Source of the DNA: Podarcis erhardii | Lineage: Eukaryota | Assembly: GCA_964252035.1 (NCBI GenBank) | Contig: OZ176204.1 | Length of the DNA: 64,000 nt | Direction: 5' to 3' (one strand) | Part shown: in pieces, positions 1 through 13,391 of the stretch | Layout: the number at the start of each line of letters is the position of its first letter | Numbering within the stretch: position 1 is the stretch's first letter | Notes under the pieces: generated by a model | Told to the model about the DNA's origin: nothing | Databases searched by the model: none | Seen by the model: only the letters and a program-made list of their open reading frames with translations | Program-made: the position numbers and the translations under genes

Positions 1-963
1 CTTGCAAGGAATGTTACTTGCTCATGATAAAAATGTTGTTTCTTGCAGATTTCTCCCTGCACCCGAAACACTGTTGTTTCAGTCACCAATGGTTGAAATG
101 ATAGAATGTATCAGTTTGTGGCTTGTCTCAAACTGCAGAGGTGAGAATTCCCCATGGAGGCGCAAACTGTTGCTGGGGAAAGCTGGTTCCATGCATAAGC
201 ATTGTTTGGTACTTTGTTGTTCTATATAAGAAAATAACTTCACATTTATGAAAATGTAATAAAGAAGTACAGTTCCCAATATAAAAGCAGGATCAACCAT
301 ATCAAAAACTTAAAATAATTCAATTTAGTAAGAATTCATAAATTGTACCCTAGCAGAAGACAAGCAATCTGCAAGAGTGCTTTGCAAACTTTTGAGTCTT
401 CAGCAAACTCTTTCCACAGTTAATTTGTCTGCCAAGCCAGTACTATGTAGTCCTTGAAACCCTGGGCACTGCAGATTCTTGGAAGAGGAATGGTCTCAGG
501 CACACACTCAATTCACAAGAAGGGCGACGTCTCTTGCACCTCATTGTCTTTATATGTATACTGAAATTGTGCCCTATAGCAGGGGTGTGCAAAAGGTAGA
601 TCTGGATCTTTGGCAGATCTGTGGGGACTTCGCAGTAATCAGCCAAGGATTCCGACATCCAATTGCATAACAAAAGCTGCAAAGCAAAAAAAAAAAAAAA
701 AAAAGACCCTCCCCATAAATTGTACTAGTGAAATGGAAAACCATGGGGCCACCAGGAATTATATTTCATGTGGAAGGACTGTGTGAGCTCCCTGTCTGGA
801 ACACAGTTCGCCAATCTCCTATGGCTGCACTTGGCAGAAGATAGGTGCTGGTGAACAAGCCATCTTTCATCTCAGATGCTGGCTTGCCATTTCTAATCTT
901 CTAAGGCTGAGAGCCTTCTCTCGTGTTTGACAACTGTTCCTTTGTTTTGTTTGCAGTATCTTC

Positions 964-1188
964 CAATGGAACCATGTCCCATCCTTGGAAGTCGAACGGA
1001 ATCCATTCTGGAAGTCCGTTCAACTTCCAAAACGTTCAAAAACCAAAGTGTGGCTTGTGATTGGCTGCAGGAAGCTGCAGAAGCCCCGCCAGATGCTTGG
1101 CTTCCAAAAATGGTTCGAAAACCAGAACACTCACTTCTGGGTTTCAATTATTCAGGAGCCAAGGCATTCGAGATCCAAGGTACAACTG
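964..1188. mobile_element. Tc1/mariner (Tigger-like) MITE, same family as 28268-28518
   Basis: Shares ttggaagtcgaacggaatcc..ggaagtccgttc, gattggctgcaggaagct and the end atccaaggtacaactg|ta. The left TIR is damaged. Confidence 0.8.
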
Positions 1189-4100
1189 TAGATAATTGCT
1201 AGAATGACACTCCCCTGTTGCACCTTCTTCCATTTTTCCCCCTAAGGAGTTAACACACATAGTTAATACACTAGCCTGCACAATCCTGTGGCAAGCCTCT
1301 CCAGCTCAGAAGAAATGGAATCAATTAGCCGTACAAGGATCTCATTAGAGACGAGCTTTTTTGAAGCAGGGACACAAAAGCTATGGTCTGTGTCAACTGT
1401 AGTAAGACTACCATCAAAACACAGACAAAACGAGCGTTATCAAAAGAATTTCAGCACCCTCCTGGCTCAAAGAGACAATTGGCTGCAGAATATCTGTCTG
1501 CTTTTCCAGAGGGTTTGGCTGCAAAGGTCAGCTCTGCTGGGCGGATAGCTGCCAACAATTTGCTGTAGGCAAATCAACTCACCTTGCAGGAATGTGTGGG
1601 CCATCTCTGTAACCACGGAGAGAAAATTTAAAAAAACAACAACACCATGTTTAAAGACACACGAGCAGTTTATTTCCTGCATCTGCTCCAAGTTTCTATC
1701 TTGGGGTGGAAATACTGTCAGAGGAAGAATGCTTAGATGTCTCACTGACCTGATTCACTAAAGGCTGTTGCCATGTTCCAATACAGTGGCAACTCCAGCA
1801 GCTGATAAGGTTACACCTGTGTGATTGGAGTCTCCTATCTTTCTCAGCCAGTGTGAGATTTTAATGCATACCAAAAGGGAAGCCTGAAAACCAGAGATAC
1901 TCTGACCTGCGGAAGCAGGATTACTGCTAGCACATATGGAGCTATTTAGAAACAAGTCGGTCTAAAAGATCATTGTTGAAAAGTAAGCAAATTAAAATGC
2001 AACCCTCTGCATCAGGGATGGGGGACATTTTCCAGCACAAGGTCTAATGCATTTCCTTCTAGGCAGCCTTTCAGGAGCCACAACTTTGTGGAGCAACTCA
2101 TATAAATGCTACTTTCGCACAGCAGGCTTGTTTCTATATGCAAAGGCACACTTCCATCTCGAGCTTCTAGCCACCCGGGGAAGCAGGAGGCATTAGCAGA
2201 CCTCAAGGACACGTTTCAGCCAAGGAAAAACATTCAAGGAGGGTGTGAAGCCAGGCCAGGAGGGGGTATGGTTGGGGAGTCCCAGGGGCTCAGAGTATCA
2301 CATCCAGACCCCCCAACCTGAGGTTCTCCACCCTGCCTCCACAGTAGCACGACCCACTGCGTTGGACTGAAGCCTGAATCCATTCATTTGAAGGTCCATT
2401 TGCACCTGAATGAAATAAGCTGGCGAAAGTATATCCAGGATTATTATTTATTAAATTTGTATACGGCCCTATACCCGCAGGTCTCAGGGCAGTTCACAGC
2501 ATAAAACCACAACATAAAAACTCATAGCTGAATGTGCTCCAGATTCCAGAGGCACCTCAAGGGATCCTGTGGTTTACCCAAACCAAGATGTAGCCTAAGG
2601 AAGAATTATTTGCAGACCACCCAAATGAATGGTGCAAAAGACTCTGATTTTTGAGAGTGACCTGGGCAAAGGGCCCTTTTGGTGGTGCCAGTGGGCCTGG
2701 CTGAACATACCTGCCAAGGGTGGTAGCACTCTGAGCAGTGCTAGGTGGCTGGGTCTAGTCACCCCTCCACATTTCCAACAATCCTCAGGAGTAATGCCAG
2801 ATTGGGACATTGTGGGTGGCTAGATCTGGCAGCCTGCCACTGCTTAATTCTGGGCCAGAAAAACAACAACAGGGAAGTCCTAGACATGGGTCATCAGCAG
2901 TGGTCCCTGCAATGGTCCTGGCAGATGTCCGATGCTGACGCCAGCCTTTGAAACCTGGCTGTTTCTCTGAGGTTGGGAGTTTCAATGAGGAACCAGAATC
3001 CATAGCTTCATCATGTCTCCAATGGTCCAAGACTCCTCAGTCCTTTGTCAGTTCTCAGCAGAAGAGGCAGAGGAGCAGGTGGGGGCAGCTCAGTGATGCT
3101 ACAGTTTCAGGCAGAGAGCTGCCTCTTCAAATTCTTGGATTTGTGACATGAAATGCCCCAATACTGTGGCAAAGTCTCCCGGACAGGGAGAGCTACATCT
3201 GTATACCAACATGGTGGACATCCTTCCAAAACAGTTCAACCAAACAACTGCTTGTTGACCTACCTGGGTAGCCGCTGCTGGACTTGTGCTATAGATCAGC
3301 CTCTTCTACTTTGCAAGCTCACTTTGCTGCAGCAGGAGAGGGTGGAGGGATCCTGCTACACAACCATCACCCAACGGCTAGGGGATTTCTCTTGGTTACT
3401 GCCATCCTCTCGGCACGTTAGTAACGTCACCACTGCCTTGGTTACATACGAATAAGTGTGCCTGGGGAGGATGTGTGCATCAGAAAGAACCTGAGGACAG
3501 AAACAGGCAGAATCTCTCTGAATTCTAGAGTTGTAAGCCCAGGCCCATGGCATTTGTTTTGTTTTGTTTTGCAATGGGATACAGAACAGTTTTTCACCTT
3601 TTACCTTTTGTTGTCTCTCCCTCCCTTCGCCTTTCTCACCCTATCACAGCAGATGCAGCAAACAGCTTCTTCTGTTTCCATGGGGCTTCCCAATGCCATT
3701 CGTGGAAAAGCACACGTCCTGAATATGGGGAGTTACCTCTGTAGGAGACCCATTGCAGGTCCTCTGCTCAAACCAGAAACCTCCTGGTTTGAGCAGAGGG
3801 ACTGATGCGTTGGTGATGGCAGCAGTCCAACTTGTGCAGAAGAGGTTCAGAGGGTGGTTCCTTGAGCTTGGCCTTGATGGAGCCAGCTGCCAACACAGCC
3901 ACTCCGTGCTAAAATCGAGCAGCAGTCAGCTTGAGTGGTGGGGCTACTATAGGTCACGTAAGCAGAGAGGACATGCCGCTCCCCAAGCCTTGTCCCACTT
4001 CCCTTAAGCTGTAAGTGGCCTTTTATTCTCGCAGTTTAAATGATCTAATGTGGAGAGATGAGATCATGGAGGGACGTGTGTCTGAGGAGACACATCCTCA

Positions 4101-4590
4101 GGGAGACTCATCCCATCCCTGCTTGAAACTGAAGGAAAGCAGGCAGCAGATCTCAAGTTTCCTTCCTTCCAGCCTAATTCTCAAGCCCAGCTGGTGAAGG
4201 AGTTTGGAGATGCACAGTTCACTAGTCTCTGCTGCCAACATCCAGAGGCAAGAAGCACACACAACCCTCATTCCCCATCATATTTCATTTGGGGGGAGAG
4301 GTGTTTATATTTTGGGGCTTAAAAAAAAAGTATTTTGAGTTTTCTCTCTCTGCACCCTGTCTCCATGCCTGCGACACACTCAATTTTCAGAATGCAGTGA
4401 ACGATGGAGAACACTGAAGCAGGGGAAGCAAGGATTTCCCAACACCAATTTAAGTCGCGGAGGATGTTGAGAGCAGCCGTGCCAGATTAAGAAACCTGTC
4501 AGCTTGCTCAGCTGAACTGGAAATCAGGCCACCATAGAGCATTGCACAGCAGGTTCCCTCCCTCAGTCATGACAGCTGGACTGTGCAGCT

Positions 4591-4700
4591 GGGAAGGGCC
4601 AGATCCAAATGGCAGAGTATCTGCTTTGCATGCAGAAGGCCCTGGGTTCAGTCCTTGGCATCTCCAGGGAGGGCTGAGAGGCAGCTGTGTCTGGAAGGCC
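4591..4700 (+). mobile_element. tRNA-derived squamate SINE 5' part (Squam3-like)
   Basis: gggaagggcc..tggcagagtatctgctttgcatgcagaaggccctgggttcagtccttggcatctccagg, with A/B boxes. Weaker relatives near 16390-16480 and (reverse) 43800-43862. Confidence 0.65.
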
Positions 4701-5327
4701 CGATGACTAAGGTTTACGACTAGCCCCATTGAAATGTATGAGCATGACCAAGTGAGGTCCATTCCTTTCAGTTGCTCTATCCTGAGCAAGACTTAGTTGA
4801 GTGCCACCCTATGTTCTCACTCACTATGTGATGCTATGAGTGACACAGCTCGGAGGCTGGCTTTACTCTTGAGATATCTCTGCAATCAACAAGGGTGTCC
4901 GAATTTAAACAAACAGCAAAAATAATACAGGCAATTTTCTCCAGTAATGAAACTGAACACCCCACCTGCCCGGCTTTCAGACAAATGGGCTATTTTCTCA
5001 AGGACAGCTTTCTTGCAGCACTTACCAGCGCCCCGGCAATGGGGTCCAAGAGCTTCTTAGCAAAGCTTGATAGCAACGTGTGAGTTTATACAGGCTGAAA
5101 CGCATTTTTTCACACAGCTAAATAGGCAATCATGGAGCAGGCCTTTGAGCCTTGCCAGCCTTTCAAATAAGTGGAAGAGTGACAGACAAGTTAATACAGT
5201 GGGCAGGAAGGCGTAGATCACAAAGACGAATGAAAGCCTTGAGATGACCGACTAGTATTCAATGTTAAATTGATAGTATGAACTGCTGCTTTAAATTAAG
5301 GAGACAAGTTGTGCCTATAAAGGAAGA

Positions 5328-5355
5328 AACCAACCAACCAACCAACCAACCAACC
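5328..5355. repeat. (AACC)n microsatellite
   Basis: Seen directly. Confidence 0.97.
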
Positions 5356-6167
5356 CAGAAACGGCTTCTGAGCTTATAAGCCCATTCCACTAGCAATTCT
5401 GGCTGGATCTCCAGTTTTGCAAATTTTTGATGAGTGGTGATGCAAAGGCTAAATGTGGAAACAGGAGGCAAGGCTTTTAGTATTCCAGGGTTCCTCACAC
5501 AGGAAAGCTCATCATCTCCCATCTTGCTCATGAAAATAGGGCTGTTGGCTGATGAGCCCAGAAAGCCGCCAGCTGCCTGAAATAGCCCTCCTCTCTTTCT
5601 GCATCTGGCAGCAAGGCAACTGTATTTTATAGACTGGCTGCTGATGGAAAGTCAAACCTGGTTAAATTCACAAAGCTTCCCGGAAAGAGAAAGATGACAT
5701 AGGAAAGCCTGGCTGTTTGTTGGGAACCATTATAATTAAAGTAATATTTTACAAGCATTCGAGAACTCTGTAAAAAAGCAGCTTTAAAACTATATGGGGG
5801 GGGACAATTCACGATGAGCAAACACTCTCATTTAAAAGGGGGGGGGCAGATTATAAAGTGGGGCATATACATTGGAGTGCATGTACAAGTGCAGAAAAGC
5901 CATAAATGCTTAGCCAAGCCTTTGAGCATTTAAAAGAAAATTAAACAAGGGCTGTCCTGCTCTTGAGCTTCCATACTCTACTCCTGTAGAGGATGCTGAT
6001 AAAAGGAAAATACGGATGCAGAAACAGGCCTACCGTAGCAATCCCTCCCCCTCTCCACCCTTCCCTGGGCATATTTTGCCTTGGAACTCACGGACACTGA
6101 AAAGAATAGTACCAGCTTTGACATTTATCATATATGTCAGGTTAGAGTCCCCTTCCTCCACGTTCTC

Positions 6168-6173
6168 TTTAAT
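6168..6173 (-). terminator. Candidate MICU1 polyadenylation signal (ATTAAA), ~590 nt after the stop codon
   Basis: First AATAAA/ATTAAA hexamer I found on the minus strand downstream of the stop, in a U-rich context. An AATAAA occurs further out at 4027-4022. No transcript evidence. Confidence 0.3.
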
Positions 6174-6761
6174 AAAAAGCCCAACAATTTCAAAACAGCT
6201 TCAGGATCAGGACAAGATGAAGTGTTGAGTCAATCTGATGGGCATTTCTTGCCCCAGCAGTACTTAAAATTCTAGCTGCTGCTGATGCAAGCAGTATTGT
6301 TGCTGCTGCTTTGAAGCATCCTTGCTAAGCTGTTTTGCTGGAATGCAGGAGTTTGTTCAGGAGAGAAAAAAAGAAGCTGCAATATCCAAAGCTAATTTTT
6401 CCGGTGGTCTGCTTAGTTTCCTTCCTGAGAGATTAAAACGAAAAGGAAAATATGGAAACTGTGCGGATGCATGGCAGGAGAGGGTGGGGAGGGGGCAAAG
6501 CGGTCGAGATAAATGCTGAAGGCAGAGTGCGCTCGCATTTCTGCTTAGGTATTTTTAAAGGAAAAGTTGCCGTTGTTAACAGTCTTTGCCAGAGTTTGTT
6601 TTTCAGTGCAGCAACGGAAGGAATGCTGTCGTTCCATGGGAGGAGGCCTTTGTCCACAGAACACCGAATGTGACGACGCCACTTATCCGGCAGAGGCAGC
6701 ACAACAGCATTCGGGATCCTCACATCTGTGTGGCATCTGGACCAATTCTCCTGGCCCGTGG

Positions 6762-6998
<237 letters not shown>

Positions 6999-9556
6999 TC
7001 AGGCAAAGAGCTCTGAGAGTAGAATTACTTTACGGCTCACCTACATTGGTTGGCTCCAGACTGTGAGAGGGATTCGAGCACACATACTGGAAAATTTAGG
7101 TTTGCAGAACTGAAGTGGATTAAAGCACTCTCTCACCTTACTGCAATAAATCCACTTTAAGAACAACATCATTTATTTATTTATTTATTTTGCAGTTGGG
7201 AAAGCGAGAGGCAAAGGCATGATTAGCAGGAGAAGTATAAACACAGTGCAAACAAATGAGGATAAATGGTCATACGATCTCCCTGCAACTGAATCAGAAT
7301 GAATACCTTGGTGGATTCAACTGGGATGCAACTCAGCTTGTCTTATGGCTGATGGGGTTTGCATGGAGAAAAGGTAGACAGAGAGAGGGGAACCTCCAAG
7401 CTTCCTAGACTCTCTTTGACCTAACCTGTGCTGAACTTCCTTCTGATGTTAGACTGATGCCTCTTAGGTTTGCTGACCTCATTTCCTGTTCCTCTCCTTC
7501 TTCTTCATCCCACCATGAGAAAGGAGACACCTTGTGTCTCTCTGCTGAGATAAATGACCAAGCTCGGCTGCTTTGCACCTCCAACTTAGTTAAACAGAAC
7601 TAGGAACTCTTTTACTTGTATATCCTGTAATTAACTTAGCTTTCCTATTTTCCATGCTAAAAGTCTCGATGTGATTGTTTCGAAAGGTTAAGCATGCTCC
7701 TCCAAGGCATTTCAGATTTCTGCTGATGCATATAAATTGTGTATGTTTTCAAGTTTTAGGCCCAGGGTGTAAGCAGCTTCCCTAAGCATTGCACAAACGA
7801 GATGAGGATAGGAAAAGATGAGAAAGGCAGAACAAGTGCTTGACAGAGAATGGACATGATATTCTCTGTGTGTGCTTTGTTTAAGGAAATCAGGATGAAT
7901 GCTCAGTAAAAAGGAGCCCGCTGACACTCATTAGTACCAGCCATTTATCACACTTTAGCATGAATTTAATTGCACATCTTATTTGTGATGTTTGAACAAG
8001 CCACAGGGTGGGTGTAGCCCGTTCAAGCCTTCTTGGATTACAATGGAGGTTAAATGTGCACTGAAAGCCTTGAACACTAGCAGAAATTTCATTTTGACCC
8101 AGGGAAGCTGCCTGTCCTGTCTTCACCTTGTTGCCTTGACCTTCTGGGCTAAAAAGATGGATTTTCCTATTAGTTTGCGTCTTTATTCTCTTATGAAGAT
8201 GACACTTTTCGGCTGTTGTGCAAATGTGTCATTCTTGTAAACCACAGGCGAAAGAGAGAGAAAAAGGAGGGAATGTCTATTTAGAAGAACGACAGAAGAA
8301 AACTCCAATTCTCCTATATCAAGCCATAGCCCAGAGGCCATGATATATGTAGACGTATGAGATACAGGTTTCACAAGGTGATTCAAGGAGACTCCAACCC
8401 TTTAAAAACTACAAAGAACTCAAATTTCACAGGCACTTTAATCAAGGCAATTCCCTGTAGACATGGAAAAGATGTTATTCCACATAGCAGTTAAGGTGGA
8501 GTGAAGTTTTTGAAAGCTTATATAGCTCACTGCCCCCACCGCAGGTAATTAAGCAGGTAATTACTGCATCAGAAGCCATGCCCAATTTACTCCCCTCTTC
8601 CTCATTTTCTAACTCCATTCAGAAGTGAAGATGCCATTTCTGACTAGGCTGAACTTGCCAGTAACTTAACTCACCTATGTCTCCATCTTAACTCTCCACA
8701 GAGCAAGGGATTACCCCCAAACACTTGCAACATAAGCCTTTTTCACGTATTATGAAAATAAGTTGTCACATGAAGTGGGGGGAAATGGGAATGAGTTTGT
8801 GCTAGCTCTGTGCTCCTCCCTCTGTTTGCACAATAACAAGTTTGAAAATAACTTCTACTCTTGTACGAGTATGATTCAGTTTATGGCTTTCCAAAAGACA
8901 GCATGCTGAGCCACACATTGGCACATCTATTGTAGCATTTACTGCCCACCAGAAGTTAACAGTTTCTGCACCCTTTTTGGACAAGTCCAGTTATTTGTTT
9001 TTACGGACAGACCTGGTTCACTGAGCCTGTAACTTAGTGCTGCTCTGCTATCTTAGCCAGATATAAACTCTGTTAGCAGTGCAGATCAATGTGTATCTTT
9101 AGGGAAAGGTGAGCATCTTTCCATTGCCGATCTGATGCCGGTCTCTATGTCCTTTTAAATGTGTTTGTGGAACGTTTGTTGTTGTTTTTATTATATATTG
9201 CGTATTCTCATTTTGTATTTTTATGTTGAGAGCTGCCCTGTGATCTTTGGATGAAGGGTGGTATACAAATTTAATAAATAATAATAAAGTAACAATGATA
9301 ATTTCAGCAGAATGAATCAGTAAACCAAATCCCACACACCTTGATTGGAGGGTTTGGCAGACCTGCTATCGAGACCATTGGGCCATGCTCTGACAGCTTC
9401 CCCAAGACGTGTGTACTCACAGTACAAAGGAAAAAGTATATCTTAGTTCAGGTGCAGCATGGGAGCAGAAAAAGCTTTTTTATGGTATTATGGCCTATGG
9501 GTTTCTACACAGCCAGTGTCAGGCAAGTTTTTATATCTGAGATTCCTTTTGTGTAA

Positions 9557-9900
9557 GCGGGTGGCGCTGTGGTCTAAACCACAGAGCCTAGGGCTTGCAG
9601 ATCAGGAGGTCGGCAGTTTGAATCCCTGTGACGGAGTGAGCTTCCGTTGCTTGGTCCCTGCTCCTGCCAACCTAGCAGTTTGAAAGCACGAAGTGCAAGT
9701 AGATAAATAGGTACCGCTCTGGCGAGAAGGTAAACAGCGTTTCCATGCCGCTGCTCTGGTTCGCCAGAAGCGGCTTAGTCATGCTGGCCATATGACCCGG
9801 AAGAGGTATGCCGGCTCCCTCAGTCAGTAAAGTGAGATGAGCGCCGCAACCCCAGAGTCATCCGTGACTGGATCTAATGGTCAGGGGTCCCTTTACCTTT
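9557..9900 (+). mobile_element. Sauria SINE, near full length
   Basis: tRNA-like head (gcgggtggcgctgtggtctaaaccac, B-box-like gtttgaatccc), body gcaagtagataaataggtaccgct, tail ggtcaggggtccctttaccttt of the (ACCTTT)n type. Confidence 0.92.
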
Positions 9901-12584
9901 CAGTTCTTCCTAGGCTTTTATTTGAACACTGGAATGGCTGGAAATAACGTTCTTCCACCTTAAGACCAAAATGTGACTGGGAAGGCAGTCTAAAATTAAG
10001 TTAAGCTATTTCCAAAGCTTGGGGAAGGGGAGAGAAAGATGAAAGAAGAGTGAGAGAAGATGATCTTTGAGTTCTTTAGCCTTCCAACATAACAGGCAGA
10101 AATACAGAAAAGGATGCTAAGCCAAGGAAAGGTGTTGGAGGTGATTAAACCAGGCACAGTAATATGAGGAAGCATCATCTTGCATGTATATTACATTACA
10201 CTTGACCTGTTTGAACAAGGCTAGAATTCTTGTCTTGGACAGAGTTCCACAGATTGTTAATGCCTTGTTTGTAAGTTGATTGCCTGCTTAGATCTAGGCA
10301 GCATTTCCCTAGTCCTCAACCACAATGGGAACGCTGCCTGCTTCAGAAAAGGGCAAGGCTAATATACAAGGGTATTTGGGGAGGGAATGATAATTCTTAA
10401 CATACAAAACAGGCATCCCTTTTGCCATTCCTTTCTGAAAATCCCTGCCTCTATAGAACTCCATCAAGCTGAACTTTCTAAACAAAAATAATTCTTTAGT
10501 TCAGTGCAAGCAGTCCTTTTCATAACTGAGATAAAACCTTTAAAAAGCAATTACTGGGAGTTGGGATTAAAGGCAACACACACACAATGAAACCGTGGGC
10601 TCTTTATGAAATCGTAATTTTCTTCTTCCTACAGCACCTATGTAAATGCATGCTATGCAGCGCTGCCTCTTGGACATGCAAGAACAAACAAGTTGAAAAC
10701 AGGAGTCTGCAGGAGAGCTTTCAAATGAAAAGTGCCAACACAACAATGGTGACAGTTTATTAAAATGGAAGATGGGAAAGTGCAGAAGCTTTAGCAGGAG
10801 GGATACAACGGGCAGCATGTGTTAATTTCAATCATCTCCAGGGCTGAGAATTTAAGGTTTACTTGCTGAAGATTGTAATGGGGAAGAGTCAATATTTCTC
10901 ATTCTGAGAAGGGAATGTCACCAACAAGACAAGACACATTATGCATTGCCTTTGACTGCTCCACTGCCTTTGAAATCCCACTCCAATTTCCTATCACTTT
11001 TGCAGGCATGTTTGCTTCCCCCAGATCTCTTGACAAGGAAAGAAGAGACAATTTGTGCCAGCTCTAATCCTGGTGCCTTTTGCTTATCACCTGGAGTCTC
11101 ACCTAAGAGAGTTTCTGTCTCTTCCAAATTATTTCTTAGCAGCAAACGGTCCCCTTGCTCACTCTGCACATAAGTCAAGGAAGGCGTGATGGAAAGGAGC
11201 AATTTGGAGACCATTCAAAGAAGCTCAACCCTTTAGGATCTACTTTCAAATCACCTTCTGCAGCATCTCTTAAAACCTTTACTGCTCACTCACTCCTCCT
11301 CTCAAGGTAGTTTCAACATAATCCGTTTATTCTATTTGTACTGGGAATCCCAGACCTTTCTTGAAGATTTCAGCTTCTGTCACAGGGAAGCTAAGGCTAC
11401 ATCTCTCTTTCAAAGGATGATCCTCTCAAAAGGATCTTCCATCCCCTTGCCCGCAGCATACCTTCTCCAGCTTACAAACGTGGCAGAAGTAAGAAATAGC
11501 TCCGGATTCAGAAGCCAAAGAAAAATGTAAAAACTGTCATTGCTGGATCAGGTTAAAGGTACATCGCCTAACCCAACATGGTTAGACGAGTGATCCCTGG
11601 ACAAACTCTCTAGCAGGATGGCTGCAGCCACCTCATTTGTCCCGGTCCATAGTATACTACCTTTTGACATTGTCAACTATTATGCCTAATGGACACTGAT
11701 GGACCTATGCAAAAATATGTCCCGACTTCTAATAAGCTATAGGAAATTGCCTAGAACCTCCTGGATGGCTCCCTGGAAGGTCCCATAAGCCTCCTTTTTA
11801 GTAATGGCTAGTGCATACAGGGACTGATGGAGAAGGCAGAGGGACCAAGAGTAGCCAACTCCTTCTAGTTTTGTTCCCATTCTCCTCCCTGCTGAATTCT
11901 ACAAGGGTGTCAGGGACTGACTGATGAGTGGGGAAGGGAGTCTGGAGTCTGACTTGGGAGAGGGGGCCAGTGATTTGTGGGGAACTGTACCAGCCAGGAG
12001 GTAAGAGTCGGAGGCAGGGGAAGCTTCAGAGCTGGAGAGAGGAAGAGGCAGGCCACGCAAGTGAAGGGCCAGGTGCTTTCCTATTCTCCCATGCACCAAA
12101 ACCAGGAGAGAATTGAAGCAGGAAGAGCAGAAGCAAGCTTCCATGCAGGTGCAGCTTCCGGCTACGTGTGCACAGCCTGTCGGGGGAAGGTACATAAACT
12201 GGTGGAGGGGGAGTGGTCCCCGGTCGCTGCAGCTGCTCCATAGATACTAGATCGGTGTGCGTAGCTCTCCAGAGCTGTAGAAGCGACTGTGTTACTTTTG
12301 ACAATAGAGTGCTGTGTGCATTCCTTGGATGGAAAGCACCCCTGACAAAGGGCAACATGGAGACTGAGAAACCTGACAGCCAGTGTCACCCTCTGGACTA
12401 ATTGCAAGGAAGTAAGGAAGCAGGCAGGTGGGGGGTGGCTGAGGGCAGCAGGATAAGGTTGGTGGGGCAGAGTCCCATTCGCCCTAAGGAAGAAGCCTCT
12501 ACGGCTCCTTTGTGAGTGAGCGTCCATTGCTTAAGAACACACACACTGTAGGAGAGAAACACCTGGTAGGACCTGGGGCACCAC

Positions 12585-12735
12585 TCAGCCACCAAGTTTA
12601 CTGGGTGACCTTGGACCAGTCACAGCAACTCAGCCTAACCTGCCTCACAGGGATGCTGTGAGGACAAAATGGGCGGGAGGGAGTGTGGATGCCGCCTTGA
12701 ACTCCTTGGAGGTAAGGTAGGATATAAATATGATA
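12585..12735 (+). mobile_element. Partial CORE-type SINE, same group as 18320-18545
   Basis: ctgggtgaccttggaccagtcac..ctcagcctaacctgcctcacaggg ... aaggtaggatataaat. Confidence 0.7.
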
Positions 12736-12805
12736 AAGAAATATTACGTGAATAAAGAATAAAACTTAGTCTTGCCTGTTAATTTTTATGGGTCAAGTAT
12801 GAGCA

Positions 12806-12880
12806 AATCATAGAGTTGGAAGGGACTCCAAGAGGCTAACACCCTGCAATGCAGGAATTTCAACCAAAGCGTCCATGACT
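12806..12880 (-). mobile_element. CR1 3'-terminal fragment
   Basis: atcatagagttggaagggac..ccctgcaatgcaggaat is the reverse of the typical CR1 3' end. The match is short. Confidence 0.6.
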
Positions 12881-13055
12881 GCCACCCTATGTTTTTATGT
12901 TGGAAAACAAAAGCTACCAAAATATTACTATTTATTATAATTCTATCCCATCTTTTCCCCCAAGGCAGCATACATGGCTCTCTCCTGCCACACCCCATTT
13001 CCCGACCTCCTTGTGGCACCTTTCAGAAGAGGGCGAAAGATGACGTGTGCCCTTA

Positions 13056-13391
<336 letters not shown>

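Noticed and set aside
2595-2810. CWKCGG..H motif suggesting a gag zinc knuckle
   Set aside because: Spacing does not fit CX2CX4HX4C and there are no adjacent gag or pol motifs.
1-6100. Expected downstream neighbour DNAJB12 (synteny in human)
   Set aside because: No DNAJB12-like peptide or CpG-island promoter is visible; it probably lies outside the window.
7191-7710. Possible solo LTR (begins TG, LTR-like low-complexity composition)
   Set aside because: No clean TG..CA ends with a matching 4-6 bp TSD, and no second copy in the window.
11899-12527. Cluster of overlapping ORFs in a GC/CpG-richer patch, with Cys pairs resembling CR1 ORF1
   Set aside because: Cys spacing does not match the CR1 ORF1 zinc finger, no product is recognisable, and it is too short and CpG-poor for a CpG island.
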